64,000 bases of DNA from Flaccisagitta enflata (Eukaryota), in NCBI GenBank assembly GCA_965153355.1, contig OZ231126.1, positions 46,748,001-46,812,000 on the forward strand, given 5' to 3'. The notes beneath the pieces are model-generated. The model worked only from the letters and a program-made list of their open reading frames with translations. It ran no database searches and was not told the DNA's origin. The translations under genes were made by a program, and so were the position numbers. Below, in pieces: positions 11,670 through 26,194 of the stretch (within the stretch, counting starts at the first letter, position 1; each line of letters begins with the position of its first letter).

Positions 11670-12863
11670 TTCAGTTGTAGAACTGAGAGGTCATTCCCTT
11701 AATGACCTCACAATTCATGAGAGCGAAAACAGGATCTCTTCGCTTGATGTTTTTTGCAAGATTGATAGGGGGCCACAATGCCAAGACATGCTTTTCTTCA
11801 AATGCATCAGCGTTTTCTTCTTCACTGTAAATCCAATGTTTTTCCTGTATCATCCTTGGCTATAGTCTTGATAGCTTGAAGTAGATGAGCATTGATTGTA
11901 TGATAGGTGGAACAACATCCCTCACTATACCCAAACTAAAATAAATGGAAGAGGGCCTTGTGAGCCTTCACTGACTAGTTACTACGCGCATCACTCTTAG
12001 TTTTCCTAGTTCACCTCATCATAGGAGATGACTGAACAGGCAGACCATTGATTTTCAAGAAGTGGAATGAAGAACTCTTCTTCTGATGGTGGCCATTCCA
12101 ATAAAAGGCCCTTCAGATGTCATCAAACATGGCTTAGCAGATTTCTTTGATGATTGAGTGCGCTCAAGAGTAGGGTTTGAAGCAAAAACATTTGCTCCTA
12201 AATGTCTTTGACAGATTACTGGAAGTGTCAACGCCATGCAGTTCCAGGAGATTTTGGTACATCTTTGTGGAAAAGATATTGTATTGCTTGAACAAAACAA
12301 TGTCATTTGGAAGCTCTGAGAATATCAGCTTCTTGACCTCCATCTCCTTCCTCATCAGAGATAACTTATCTTGCTCAATGCTTACTGAACTTCTGAATCT
12401 TGGCAAACATAAAGTTGACATCATCTTGTGAAGTTACAGGTTCATGGTAGTTGTGATTCCTTCCATTTTTAGCACACTGCGCAATGAGCTTGTTTTTTCA
12501 TTGCTCTTGTGCAAGAATGTCAGCCTCTGAATCAGTGACATCAATCTTGGCTTTTATGATATCTTTTTGGGCTTTGGACCACTCTGCTTCAATTTTGTCA
12601 ACTTGTTTCTTTTTACTTTTCAACTCTTTTTTTTCTTGCAACATCTTCTCTGCACCATTTGTGAAAGCCCAATCAGCATTGGAGCTGAATCAGCCTTTCA
12701 TCAATGACATGAAAAGCAGCACCTCCTTATTTTTCAGCTGTGCTGTTATTAGTTCAAAATAGTTTTCACTAACTTTGTTATCAACAAGGATTTCACTCAG
12801 TTGCTCCCGAGTGAGAATCACACTAGAGGGTTTAAGATGAGTTTGTTTTAGAAATCCTGCTGC
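11670..12863 (-). pseudogene. Degenerate coding remnant inside the 8993-13382 element, probably transposon-encoded
   Basis: Protein-like frame AAGFLKQ...KG*FSSNADWAF...EQ*KNKLIAQC...EPVTSQDDV, then a frameshift to KLSLMRKEMEVKKLIFSELP...LFKQYN...MYQNLLEL. Interrupted by stops. Confidence 0.5.
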
Positions 12864-12867
12864 TTTT

Positions 12868-12909
<42 letters not shown>

Positions 12910-13523
12910 AAAAAGATTTTTGAAGTTTTACGATGATTTTGACCATATACATTACTGGTCTAAAGCAATATAAAGACAAATCAAACTAATCAACTATCTT
13001 CCTAACTTCAAAATTGTTTAACAACCATGTTTGAACACTTTTTTTGTAGATTTATGATCAATTTAGCCTAATCTGACCTAATTTTGACCTATTCAAGCCC
13101 TTGTCCAAGCTCAAATTTTTTCCTTAAACTACCATACCACCAATTTAGCATTCATTTTATGATATTTTTTACATACTATCCAACTCATGCAAGCAATATC
13201 TGAAAAGAAGCTGTTTTTGCCTGTTTTGACCAGTTTTTTGGGCCATCCGGGTCCTTTTTTTGAGCCAACTGGGCCCAGATTGCCAGGATACATTGTGTAT
13301 TGGGCCCATACACATGTCAAGTGCCTTAAAAATGTCATCAGAAAAGAATCATAAATTTTTTTGCCCAAGTGCAGGAGGCCACCAAAAGCGACAGTGAGGA
13401 AACAAAAGAGACAAAAACAACAACGAGAACAACAACGACGACAAGAAGAAGAAGAAGAAGAAGAAGAAGAAGAAGAAGAAGAAGAAGAAGAAGAAGAAGA
13501 AGAAGAAAGAAGAAGAACAACAA

Positions 13524-13610
<87 letters not shown>

Positions 13611-13752
13611 AAGCAATGCAATGATGACGATAACGACGACAACAATGCCGACGACATAACGATGATAGTGAGGACAACTATGAGGACGATGATGATGATG
13701 ATGATGATGATGATTGACGGGGAATTATCATGACAATTTCAGGAGAAATACA

Positions 13753-14280
13753 CAGTCAGCGGACAAAACACAATAGGTATATATATCACTCCGTTGGTTT
13801 TGATCTAACCGACTGATGTTGAACAGAATGCTGTAAATAACAACTGGTTGTTGAAATTACAGCTGGCTGTTACGTTACAAAGTTGGTAAAAATCCTATTT
13901 TCACCGAATAGAATAAAACCTGCAGATTCATAATCCTGATGAAATTTTGACAAGTTTGATATGTCACAACATATACTTTTATATGAAAATAAAACAAATT
14001 TATCAATGTTTAATTTAATTATAACGTTATGTTAAAAAAAATATTTCTTACAAAAAGTGTTAAGTGTGACGTATCAAACTTCTCAGAATTTCATCAGGAT
14101 TATGAATCTGCAGGTCTCATTCTATTTGATGAAAGTTAGATTTTTGCCAACTTTGTTACTTAACAGCCGGCTGTAATTTTAACAACCGGTTGTCGTTTAC
14201 AGCATTCTGTTCAACATCAGTGGGTTGGATCAAAACCAGCGGAGTGATATATATACCTATTGTGTTTTGTCCGCTGACTG
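13753..14280. mobile_element. Near-fully palindromic MITE (CAGTCAGCGGACAAAA termini)
   Basis: Arms are reverse-complementary over more than 200 bp. Flanked by TACA on both sides, which is either a 4-bp TSD or a mutated TA TSD. Confidence 0.88.
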
Positions 14281-15245
14281 TACACTCGGCTTAAGAGCGA
14301 CGGCGGTGGAGGCGAATGATTAGAGTGAGTGGGGAAGGCGGCGGATGAAGGAGGCAGCGGAAGGCCGGGTTGCGACAAACCTCTTCACAAATGCTGAGGA
14401 GAAATTGATATATCCCAATGGTCCTTCTTGTCCTTCTTAATGATACTTGTTTTGCCCATTTCCCCATTTGGAATGTTTTGCTTCGTTCCCTTTGGCTGTA
14501 CCATTTCTCATTTTCAGTCACAGACTCGCGACTTTTTCACAGAGGCTAAGTCCAGTCGTCGGTACATCTGTCCGTCCGACATTAAGAAAATAGTACTTTT
14601 TTTCTGAGTATCAATGAATTCATTTTGGTTGTATATTCCGAAGTGTGCATGGATGTACGGGACGCCCAGTCCAACAATAAGCTATACAAGTGAATTGTGT
14701 AGATTTAGGAGGTTGATAATGGGTTGGTAAAATGAACTTCGTCAAGTGGTCAAAATAAACACAGGGCACATATAAATGGACGTGCTAAAAGTCGGTCTTG
14801 AAATCCAGTCGGTTATGGATTATGAGAGATTCACGATAGAAGAATTCAAATCATTTTGATCAAATCTTACCCAGGAAAAAAATGATACAGAATGTTTGTT
14901 TATGAATGCATCATATACCTTAAAATTCACTTATTCTCAAAATATTAGGTAGACAAGACAAATTTTGGGGCTGCCATACATCCCTGGGAGTGCTATTCAC
15001 TGAAGATTGGTGAGTATGGTGAGACTGGTGAGTATTGCGAAATTCAAGCCCCCAGACAAAATGTAAAAAAAATCTGTATCGTTGATTTGCGCGCAACATA
15101 AAACCCAAAACATTATACAGATACAATTTGTCTAAATCAGTTTTAATCCACTGCCTGCAAGATTACCGTTGGTACTAAATCTGTCATCGCCTCAGTGTAG
15201 GTTTTTTCTTCTGCAGTCTCAGACCGATCTTTTTTGTAGTTGCGG

Positions 15246-16047
15246 CTGAGCCGGATCAAGGAGGCGCGGGGCCCTAAGCTTAGCAAGGGGCGCGGGGCCC
15301 CCTCCCCATCACTCATATATACATTTATGACCAGTATTACCATGTTGGCAGTAAATATATAAACAGCTGATAAAAAACATCAACTTTGGAGGGTTGCTTA
15401 AGCTAAACAAATTGAACTATTGACTCCATACTAATCAGATTTATAAAAGTCTGGAAACTTTTCAAAAAATCAATATGGGTGACAAAGCTAAATTCATTAA
15501 AGAGGTTTTTTATTAAAAAAAAAGGTTTTTTTTTTGTAAGCTGTCCAAAAATGTATAGCAAAGATGGTATCTAAAAAAAAACAAATTATTGATTTACAAG
15601 GACATTAAGCTTTTCCAAAAGAAAAGAATATTTTGTCAAAGATATTTATAATGAAATATAAACACTTTTAATGAAATATAAACTTGTTTTTGTTTAAGTT
15701 GAAAAATGTCTATAAATATTTATGAAAATAGACCAGATTTAAAAATTCTGTTTTATTCTTAATTTTAAGATTAATCAATAAAAACATTTAAGGATTATGT
15801 ATCTATTAATTTATTAATGATATATTTTTGATGATAATTATTTCTTATCAAATAATTGTTTTAATCAAAAATGCAATAATCATTGTGGTATCATTTACTG
15901 TTCAATTTTGCTGAATTTCACTATTTTTGCCATGTTTTTAATTTTTGTTTGTTCAAGGGGCGCGGGGCCCCCCTTAGGCGCGGGGCCCCCCTTAGGCGCG
16001 GGGCCCTAAGCTTAAGCTTTTTAAGCCTATTGGTTGATCCGGCATAG
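15246..16047. mobile_element. hAT-like non-autonomous element inserted in the 5' end of a HINE
   Basis: TIR CT(GA/AT)GCCGGATCAA, 8-bp TSD AGTTGCGG (15238-15245 and 16048-16055), subterminal GGCGCGGGGCCC repeats. Confidence 0.85.
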
Positions 16048-16675
16048 AGTTGCGGACACGCTATTCTACAAGAGGCTTTGTCCATCCCTTGGTTGGTTGG
16101 TCCGCCGATCCGTAATGCAAGGGTTGGCGTTTCAATGAATGTGTATGTGTCGGGGGAGAATTAAGTGGGAGTTAGAGAGTGGATGGGGGGTTCTACACCC
16201 CTGCCCACCCGTCCGCAACGATGTGGTAAGTTGTAACCCCGGGTAACTACTTGTTTACTTCCGGTAGAAATATTTCATGTATATGCAAATGAATCGGAAA
16301 TCGATTTGTTCCATCGTCCACCATCCATCCTTTGTTTGCCAAGTGAGGGCGTGTTTCTAGTGAAGATGAAAAACGCGTTTCTTTCTGTGAAACGCGATCA
16401 CAGCGTGAACAAATATATATGAATTTCAACTGTCCCACGAGGAAGTGAGCGAAGTGAGTGGCCCGTTAAAAACGCGATTGTCTCTGACTAGAAACGCCCT
16501 CTTAGTGGCGCACACTGCACAGATCTAGATAGTTACCTTCGCTCTTTCAAATTGACAAATTATCACTTGGTTTGGTGCCATTTGAGTGCTTTACCAATAA
16601 ACGCAATTTCTGATCCTTTTTAGTAGCAGATTAGCTACTCTATAGGTGGCTTTGTCCTTCGGTCCGTCCGTCGAG

Positions 16676-16844
16676 GCATTAAGCAGAGCGCGTTAATCCT
16701 TGATCAAAGTAGTCAATAACTAAATCGGACGGACCGCCCGTGCTTTGGTGCACCTGAGAAGGAGACGAGAGACGCTTGAAAGCTTTGATGGCCTCGATAG
16801 TTAGTGACTACTTTGATCAAGGATTCACGCGCTCTGCATAATGC
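16676..16844. repeat. Small inverted repeat (MITE-like hairpin, arms about 48 bp)
   Basis: GCATTAAGCAGAGCGCGTTAATCCTTGATCAAAGTAGTCA pairs with TGACTACTTTGATCAAGGATTCACGCGCTCTGCATAATGC. Confidence 0.75.
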
Positions 16845-17622
16845 ATCTTGATCAAGGAAGAATCGCGTTTTAAGTACAGCAGTCACGTGATTCTTGCAGG
16901 CCTATATATAGTTCCACATTTCCCCCCCCCCCCCCCATGATTTGGAAAGAGGTTTAGAGAGGCTTGGAGAGGTTTGGAGAGATTTGAAGAGGGGAAGGAG
17001 AGAGGGAAGAAGAAAAAAAAAAAGAAAATTTGGGGAAAATATAATTTTTTGCCGCGAATTATCATAAAACCTGATAAGTAAAACACAATTTAACACTATT
17101 TAAACCTGAAACAATAAACACGCTGTTTTATTGCTTTATAGGGACGAAAATCAGAGATTTTATAATGCGAAACAATGAGTTCCGGAAAAAAATAAAGACG
17201 GTGGGGGGGGGGGGAGGGGAGAATTAATCAAAGTCCATGGAATTTAGGAACTTCACACACCCCTTGATTCTTGTGTGAAAGATGACCACGACTTAAGGAA
17301 AGATGACCAATTTGTCCTTGACTCAAAAGCTAAACGAGCAGCCTGAGAATTTCCCTAAGAAGAATATCACGTACAGTTGAACGACCGCAATAACAGACAG
17401 GACCAAGCGACGTACTAACTCCTGATGTTCTGTGAGTGGTAACCAAAAATTGTGGTATAGTTCCCAAGGGATAAACGGACCGAGGGTCATCGCAGTGCAT
17501 ACAATGGAAATTAGCTGCTTTTCATCAAATTCACCAACTGTCAGTTAACGCAGGTAAAATCGCGTAAGAATGTGAGTACGCACGTATGTTTGTCTTGACG
17601 GTTGTAAAATGATGTTCCTCAC

Positions 17623-17809
17623 CCGAGTCGCCGTACGGAATGACTACCGCAGGCTGGAATCTGCCGCTGAGTCTTCCGAGGACTTTGATGTGTTCGTCGA
17701 CGATGACGTCCGCAGCCAAACGACGACTCCATTGTGAAGGAGAATATTGAAGCTCCAACTCTTCGTCGGAACTTTGATCAACGCTACACGATTGCCGAGG
17801 AATGCCCAT
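17623..17809 (-). CDS. AFMID: Kynurenine formamidase (arylformamidase)-like, coding exon 1
   Basis: ATG at 17809. Encodes ...ELELQYSPSQWSRRL...VIPYGDS, matching the N-terminal QYSPSxW and YG motifs of animal kynurenine formamidases. Donor G|GTGAG, phase 1. Confidence 0.85.
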
Positions 17810-19126
17810 TTGCGTGGGGGATTTATTCTTTTTTTTGGGGGGGGGGGCTTTTTTCCCCCTATGATTTGTTAGTTTTTAATCCGCAGTGTGATGAGTGAAG
17901 AAGACAGTTAACCGGGTTCTGAGTTTCTTTACCGTGAAATCTTATACTTGAAAAAAGTGATCAACAAGCCACACAGCGACTCAAACGTAAATTGTCCATT
18001 GAAGGAGGAATTTGGTTATTGACGCTGGAATTCGGGTAATGCTCCTATTAGAACTGGTGATTTCCACTGAAAAGCTGAGGAGGTTAGATTGTTCAGCAAA
18101 AATCTGCCGTACGAGAATGAATTTGCCTGTCGGGTAATAGCAAACCGTATCGATTGAATGATAGAAGAGTAAAACCAGTTTTATTTCAATAAAAAAAATC
18201 CGGATTCTCAGTTCCTGTTTAAACGTCGATCTTTATCCTTATTTTTAGGTGCGACAAAGCACCTCTATAACTGGATGTGTCCGTCGGTTGGTCTGTCTGT
18301 CGGTCGGTTGGTCTGTAACGCATTCGTTCGACGATCCACACGTCGCACTTTATTGGCCTACTTGGCCTTGTTCCAAATCTGAGTGCGTGGTTCGTCATTT
18401 TTCATCAATGATCCATTTTCGAGCGAGCTTAAAAATGAGCCTGAGTGATTTAGAACAATGCCGCTTCCACGATCTCGTAAGAAATTTGATTATTGGACAA
18501 AGAATTTCTCGTAACCAGTAATTGTCAATTTATTGACCAACTATTTCCATCCTCTGAACGATAAAATCCCAAATCCCCTCGCTTAATCCCCTCTCATCGT
18601 GCCATACAACACGGTTATTTCTTCACGGTCCGCGAGACACCGAGACAATGACTAAAACACCAACAGAGAAAAGCTGAGGAACTCTTTGGACCAGAACGAG
18701 AAACCAGAGGTTTCACATGAAAACTTCCAAACAATGAGGACAAACAAGACCAAGAGATGTCCAATAGATGTCCAATAGATGCGTCCTCTTTTAGTACAAG
18801 ATATAAGAGAAAAGAGATAAAGAAATCAAGAGAAAAGCCTCAAAATGGCGTCTAGAAATTTTCGCATGGCCCTCCGACCCTCCTTCGTACAGAGCCTCTT
18901 ATAAAGATGCGAGGACGCATCTAAAAATGTAGACTGAAGAGGGCGATAATGTTAGATAGCAAGGACGTAGTAGTTGTTTCTCAAAGAGGAGTTATCAGCT
19001 AACTCAGTTAACAGTTTTTATTGACAGTTTCTGTCGCCTCTCAGACAAGTGACAAAATTTTGAAATCTTTTGGCAATGGGCGGGGAACATCGGAGGGCAG
19101 GGTACACCGACACCGACATAAAGGAA

Positions 19127-20074
19127 AACAAGGCCGGATACACGGCTACCCCAGTCGTGTGCGGGTGGGCAGAAGCGGTATTTCAGGTGACTTGATCATT
19201 TGGGCAGGAGCAAAGAGGCCAAAGACGGCAAAAACAAAAAAAAAGTAAAGTGTGATGGACGGATCGACGGACGGACCGACGGACGGATGGACGGACCGAC
19301 AAAGCAGGGTGTAGAGTCGCGTAGCACGCGACTAAAAACAAACAAAGGAAAACAAAAGATCCGACGAGATTCTCATATCTATCGTGTTTCCAAGTTGTAA
19401 GTTTTTGCAAAGAAAAAAAAAGGAGATCCATTTATTTTCATCTACTATGACCTTTCGCCTGATATCGCAAACCAGCGTTTGTCTTAAGTTTCGTGTGTAC
19501 CATTTGATTATACGCTTTGTTGGTTGATCGGTTCGTCTGTTGGTTTGAGCATCGGTAATGCTGTGTTTTGTAGCATTTCTGGGCAGTTCCTGCATCTCTT
19601 CCCCCGACCAAACATTTAGTTACCCAATCTCATGATTGCCCCTGCCCACCCGCATACGGCTTATATCCGGCCTTGTTTCCTTACCAGCCATAGTATGAAT
19701 TTCATGTATTTGACCGATGACATCAACGCTGTTAGGCGTCTGGTTTTCTGGGAACCAAATGGGCCAAAATGAAAAATGTCTTTAATCTTTTATATTTTCA
19801 CATGAAATTTCTCGCCGAATCGCGGTGGAGTACAGGTGTTTGTTTTTTTTAGTCGCGTGCTACGCGACTCTACATCCCGCTTTGTCGGTCCGTTTGTCGG
19901 TCGGTCAGTCCATCGGTCCATCCGTTGGTCCGTCTATCCGTCACACTTTACTTTTTTTTTGTTTTTTTGCGGTCTTTGGCCTCACTCCTCCTGCCCAAAT
20001 GATCAATTGACCTCAAATATGGCCCCTGCCCACCCGCACGCGACTGGGGTAGCCGTGTATCCGGCCTTGTTTTT
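19127..20074. mobile_element. HINE family A cluster: minus copy 19127-19337, degenerate copy about 19480-19678, plus copy 19849-20074
   Basis: Diagnostic ends TAGTCGCGTGCTACGCGACT and GCCGTGTATCCGGCCTTGTT, with a GTCY microsatellite. Confidence 0.8.
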
Positions 20075-20090
20075 TGTGCAAGTTTCCATA

Positions 20091-20548
20091 CTGTCAGTAG
20101 ACAAAACAGAATAGGTATATATGAATGTTGAAACAACATTGCCCTTACAAAAGGAGGCCAGAATTCTCCAATTTACAAAAGATGAAAGCCTTGCAAGCTT
20201 TCAATGGTGTTTACTCCGGATTGCTCACAACAATCCTTTATCAAAGACAAATAAAATATATCGTACCATTGACTTTGATCCAACTTACTAGTTATAAACA
20301 AAAAACAAAACAAAACAAACAACAATCATTTATTCAAATAATAGCAGGCTGTAATGAACAATGCAAAAACTGTTTGCAATGATTGGTTGTTTGAATTACA
20401 GCCGGCTGTATTGCTCCAATTTTGTCATATTACAGCCGGTTGTAATTTCAACTATCAGTTATTGCAGACAAAATTTTGTTTAGTAACACTGTAACAGTAA
20501 AAAATAATGCTATGATATATTTACATAATATGCTTTGTCCACTGACTG
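20091..20548. mobile_element. Diverged relative of the 13753 MITE
   Basis: Ends CTGTCAGTAGACAAAACAGAATAGGTATATAT and TTTGTCCACTGACTG; shares the internal AATTACAGCCGGCTGT. Confidence 0.65.
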
Positions 20549-20751
20549 CATAGAGCGAAAGGAGCGAGAGGATAGGACAGAATACTTTATTTCTAAGGGG
20601 AGGGGGCGGGGGTTCCAGGCTTATAGCAAAAAATGTTAAAGAGAAAGTTAAAGAGAAATGGTCTGTTTAAGATAAAGTTAAAGAGAAACGGTCTGCAGTT
20701 TGAGCGCCATCGAGGAGGAGACCTTTATTCAAGCTCGTGCGAGCAAAAAAA

Positions 20752-21205
20752 ATAATCGCAAAAGCGTTAGATGGTCGGCGGTACCCGTGCCCTGCCTAAG
20801 TAGGTTGTGATTGAAGTCAAGAGGGGAGCAGGGCAGCGACTCGAAAGGGGTCAATAATCTATGCTTTCACACATATGGGGATTTTCTCCTCCTCCTCCAT
20901 CCCCCCCTCAAATCCAAGTCTTGAGACCCAAATACCAATCTAGGCCTCTTTGCTGAATTTTGACCTCGAGGCTGAGATTTGGGCTTTAAGACTGAAATCT
21001 GGGCCTCCAGGCTAGGAATTAGGCTTTGAGGCTAGGATTTGGGCCTTGAGGCTGGGATTTGGGCCTCAAGTCTGGGATTTGGGCCTTGAGACTGGTATTT
21101 GGGCCTCGAGACTGGGATTTGAGGGGGGGGACATAGAAGAAGGAAAAAATCCCCCATATGTGTGAAAGCAACGGTCATCGATCCCTTCGGGGCCGCCGAC
21201 CAAAA
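20752..21205 (-). mobile_element. HINE-like family B with an internal 21-bp tandem array
   Basis: Asymmetric inverted repeats (GGGCAGCG...ATGCTTTCACACATATGGGG versus its complement) and GGGATTTGGGCCTTGAGGCT-type repeats. Same architecture at 40415-40943. Confidence 0.65.
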
Positions 21206-21691
21206 ACGAGAAATAGAGGTCAAATTGACCACCATTTCACAGCAAAACGTAATCTATAGCTATCCTTCCTCATTGCAAGCTTCCGCGATTCCGCTTAATC
21301 CATTGAATGCGATAACGACTGCTAACAGTAATAATCTCAAGAAAGTACGATGTCAGATTAGAATCTGTATAAGAATTTGTAATTCATTATGCTTATCTCT
21401 TTCTTGATTCGCTGATTAACTGTCCACCGCGACGTCGTCAAGACCGAGTTGCAGCCAAATGCAAATGTACTCTTTGTAAACCAACCTCGAACGCTAAAGG
21501 CTTCTCTCGAAACAGAAAAGAAAGGGTGAGGCTTGCATCAAAGGACGAGACAAAAATCACCATGGCAAAACAAAATGCTAATTACTGTTTAATTAGGTGC
21601 CAGTGCTACAGAAAATCCATGTTTGTGTGTCAACCAACCCATACATACCGAAAATAGTTGATGACTGATGTCATGGTTCGGTTTTTTTGAG

Positions 21692-21750
<59 letters not shown>

Positions 21751-21897
21751 CTGATAGAGAAACCAAGAAATAAAGCTTGCCCAACTTATTAGTATTCTGG
21801 GGGAATTTAAGCTCATATGGGATTCTTCACTTAGTCATATTCATAAGAAGATTGTCAAGCAAATTTCTGTTGCTTCGGGTGAAAGGAAAGCAAAGAA

Positions 21898-21956
<59 letters not shown>

Positions 21957-22137
21957 GACTGCAAATGCAAGGCTGGATATGCGGACAGGCAAAGCGGCGT
22001 GCGAGTTATGGAGGCCAATGTGGGAAAGTGGCTAACAGTTTTTTGGAGAAAAAGTTAGCACATTTCTGATTAAAATTCTACAAAAAAAAAGAGACTGATC
22101 ATAGTGCCATTAGTCCTCCCTTACAAACCGAGTCGGG

Positions 22138-22404
22138 GACGGCGATTTCCAAGAATTTTTTGACGTCTTTTGTTTTTTCTCGGAATCCTCCGCCAAAGCG
22201 AAGCTTTAATACGAGCTGATTCGAACTGTAACATGTAAAACCTAACCTACCCTAGCCATAACGCTAGCCCTACCCCTAACCCTAACCCTAAAACTAATCC
22301 CAACCCTATCCCTGACCCTAACCCCACCCCTACCCCTAAATCAATAGACCGCTTAAAAACACATATAAACAAAAGACGGCAAAAAATTCTTCAAGAATAC
22401 CGTC
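22138..22404. mobile_element. MITE with TIRs of about 37 bp enclosing degenerate (CCCTAA)n
   Basis: GACGGCGATTTCCAAGAATTTTTTGACGTCTTTTGTT pairs with AACAAAAGACGGCAAAAAATTCTTCAAGAATACCGTC; GGG on both flanks. Confidence 0.7.
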
Positions 22405-23383
22405 GGGAACTTCGTAACACCGTGATGCCAAGGTTGAAATAACAACAAGGTCGAATCACACTTTGACAAGGGTGCTAAGATTGCCGAAGAAAACCATTCA
22501 CGTGTAACTTACGATCCGATGGCCGATAAGACGCACGTCATGACAAACTAAAACACGTACGGACGGACGGACATTACCTCTTATGGTGACGCTTGTACGT
22601 GACCAGAGAGAACAGAAATAAACCGGTCATGTGAGACATCGAAGGTGAGCGGTGGTTTTCTTGACCACCTGACATCCTGGACATCAAAATCATTGTTGGA
22701 CTGTTTATAATTGCTACAAGGAAGCTATCAATATTTTGAAGAGAAACAATATTCTAAAGAAACATTTTGCAGGAAAGCATCAGCAAATTTGATTTATTTT
22801 GAGCAATATCATTGCAGCATACCTGTTCAAAATATTGAATTATTGATATTTTGGCAGTTACGAATAATATCAAAATGGTTTTGGTTTCCATGGCAACTAA
22901 TAAATTCAAGGATACAACAATCAATGAAAGAGCTTAATCCTTAGATATCAAGCTAATATGATAAATCAGAGATGCATTTAAGAATCAGTTCAATAAACTT
23001 CAAGGGACCGGTAAATCATTTTGTTATAGTCAGTTTTCTTTATGGCCAATACAGAAATTAGTAGAACTAAGATATCCTTTCTCTGTAAGTGAATTTTCGT
23101 TACAGGCGTAATTCGACTGCATCAAAATACCCTGCTTCAGTTCGGGTTGTGTTTGCGCTAACCCCACTTTAACTCTTTAGAGGATGGTCTGTATTTCATG
23201 AACAATGGCTGACCAAAAAATCCTATGTGTCCATCTCTGTTCTAGTCAGGAGAATTTGAAGTCTCCTACAGGCTGGTCCATGTCACTGCTAAAGTGAATC
23301 ATTTTGGCATGATCCGCCTTTCGCTCAACAAGGTCGTCGTACTTCGGGGCCACCACCAGAACTTGAGTTGATTTGGAGAAGAA

Positions 23384-23473
<90 letters not shown>

Positions 23474-24012
23474 AAGAGAGAAAGAGAGAAAGAGAGAGTG
23501 GAAGAGAGACAGACAGACAGACAGACAGACAAAATGTGAGTGTTGCACAGCTCAGACAGTGCAACGAGACAGCAAATTTCTGCTGAAAACAAGCAAAGAA
23601 GGAAAAAGAAAGAAAAAGGCAAAATACAAGATCATTAAAAAAACAAAAGAATGACTTGTTATTTAGCATAGAACAACCTAATTCAGATGTGCCAGAGTGC
23701 GAAAAATCAAAAGGATTATTCTGAGAGGAGCCGTCAATTGGGGGAAAAAAGACCTCCTTTTTTTTCTCGCTAATAAATCTGTGTCTCTGACTGTCTGTCT
23801 GTCTGTCTCTGTCTGCCTCTCTGACGCTCTCTTTTCTTTCTTTACTATGAGTGCAGCTAAGTCTATCCAACGGAATTAGCTTTGGTTCTGTTCGTGTGAA
23901 GTGACAAGCGCGTCTTCGTTTTGTCAATTTGTGTCCCGTTAATTAGTTTTATCACCCATTGTTGATATTTCCATTTTGAAAACATCGTTTGACATCTTCA
24001 CCGATGCAATGA

Positions 24013-25440
<1,428 letters not shown>

Positions 25441-26035
25441 CTACAAAAACAACATCAACAACCTTTCAGAGAACTACTTTATTCATCACAGCAATACAGA
25501 AAGCTCGATCGACTCATAGCGACGCAATACTCGCCCGTGGGTTTGTCTGTCGCTCTGTCTGTTGGTCAGTCGGTTCAAACACAACAAAATTCGAATAGAC
25601 GATCAATTGCGTGCATGACAGCCTGCTTCTTTGATGCGTCATCGCATGTCTATAAGAGGGTCTGTCCGTCCGTCCGTCCATCCGTTGGTCCGTCCGTCCG
25701 TCCATCACACACTGGCCCAGAATGACCACCTATCAAGAAGAATTACTTATCTCAACATTCACCACCCCAAACCACCACTTATCACTATGCATCAGTTGGT
25801 CCGTCCTTCTGTCTTTCCGTACGTCCGTTACGCCTCCTCTGATTTCACGCAGACGACGCATCGAGTTGCCTGCCTGCGCTTGTTTAATCTGGAGATTACT
25901 ATAGCTGAGCGAATTACGGACTCGCGACTCTATATAAGAGGCTATATCCGTCTGTCAGTCCGTTGGTCTCTCAGTTGGTCAGTCTGTCTCTCTATAATGC
26001 TCAGGTTGAAAAGTGTGAAACGCGCATTTAGTTAG

Positions 26036-26194
<159 letters not shown>

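Larger units (their letters stand above)
8993..13382. mobile_element. 4.39-kb DNA transposon remnant with TIRs; superfamily unassigned
   Basis: Perfect 17-bp TIR GTGGCCTCCTGCACTTG, further imperfect inverted similarity (about 9050-9180 vs 13190-13315), and flanking direct repeat CAAAA (5 bp). Confidence 0.8.

Noticed and set aside
14291-14400. Cys-containing ICEEVCRNPAFRC peptide after a minus-strand acceptor in AFMID intron 1
   Set aside because: That frame does not match the phase-1 intron, the matching frame stops early, and no family is recognised.
22240-22340. True telomere or chromosome-fusion scar
   Set aside because: Short, degenerate and enclosed by TIRs.
23246-23385. Minus-strand segment VLVVAPKYDDLVERK... 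after a (CT)n tract, as an exon
   Set aside because: No recognisable homology and no partner exon; it could still be a UTR exon, but nothing supports that.
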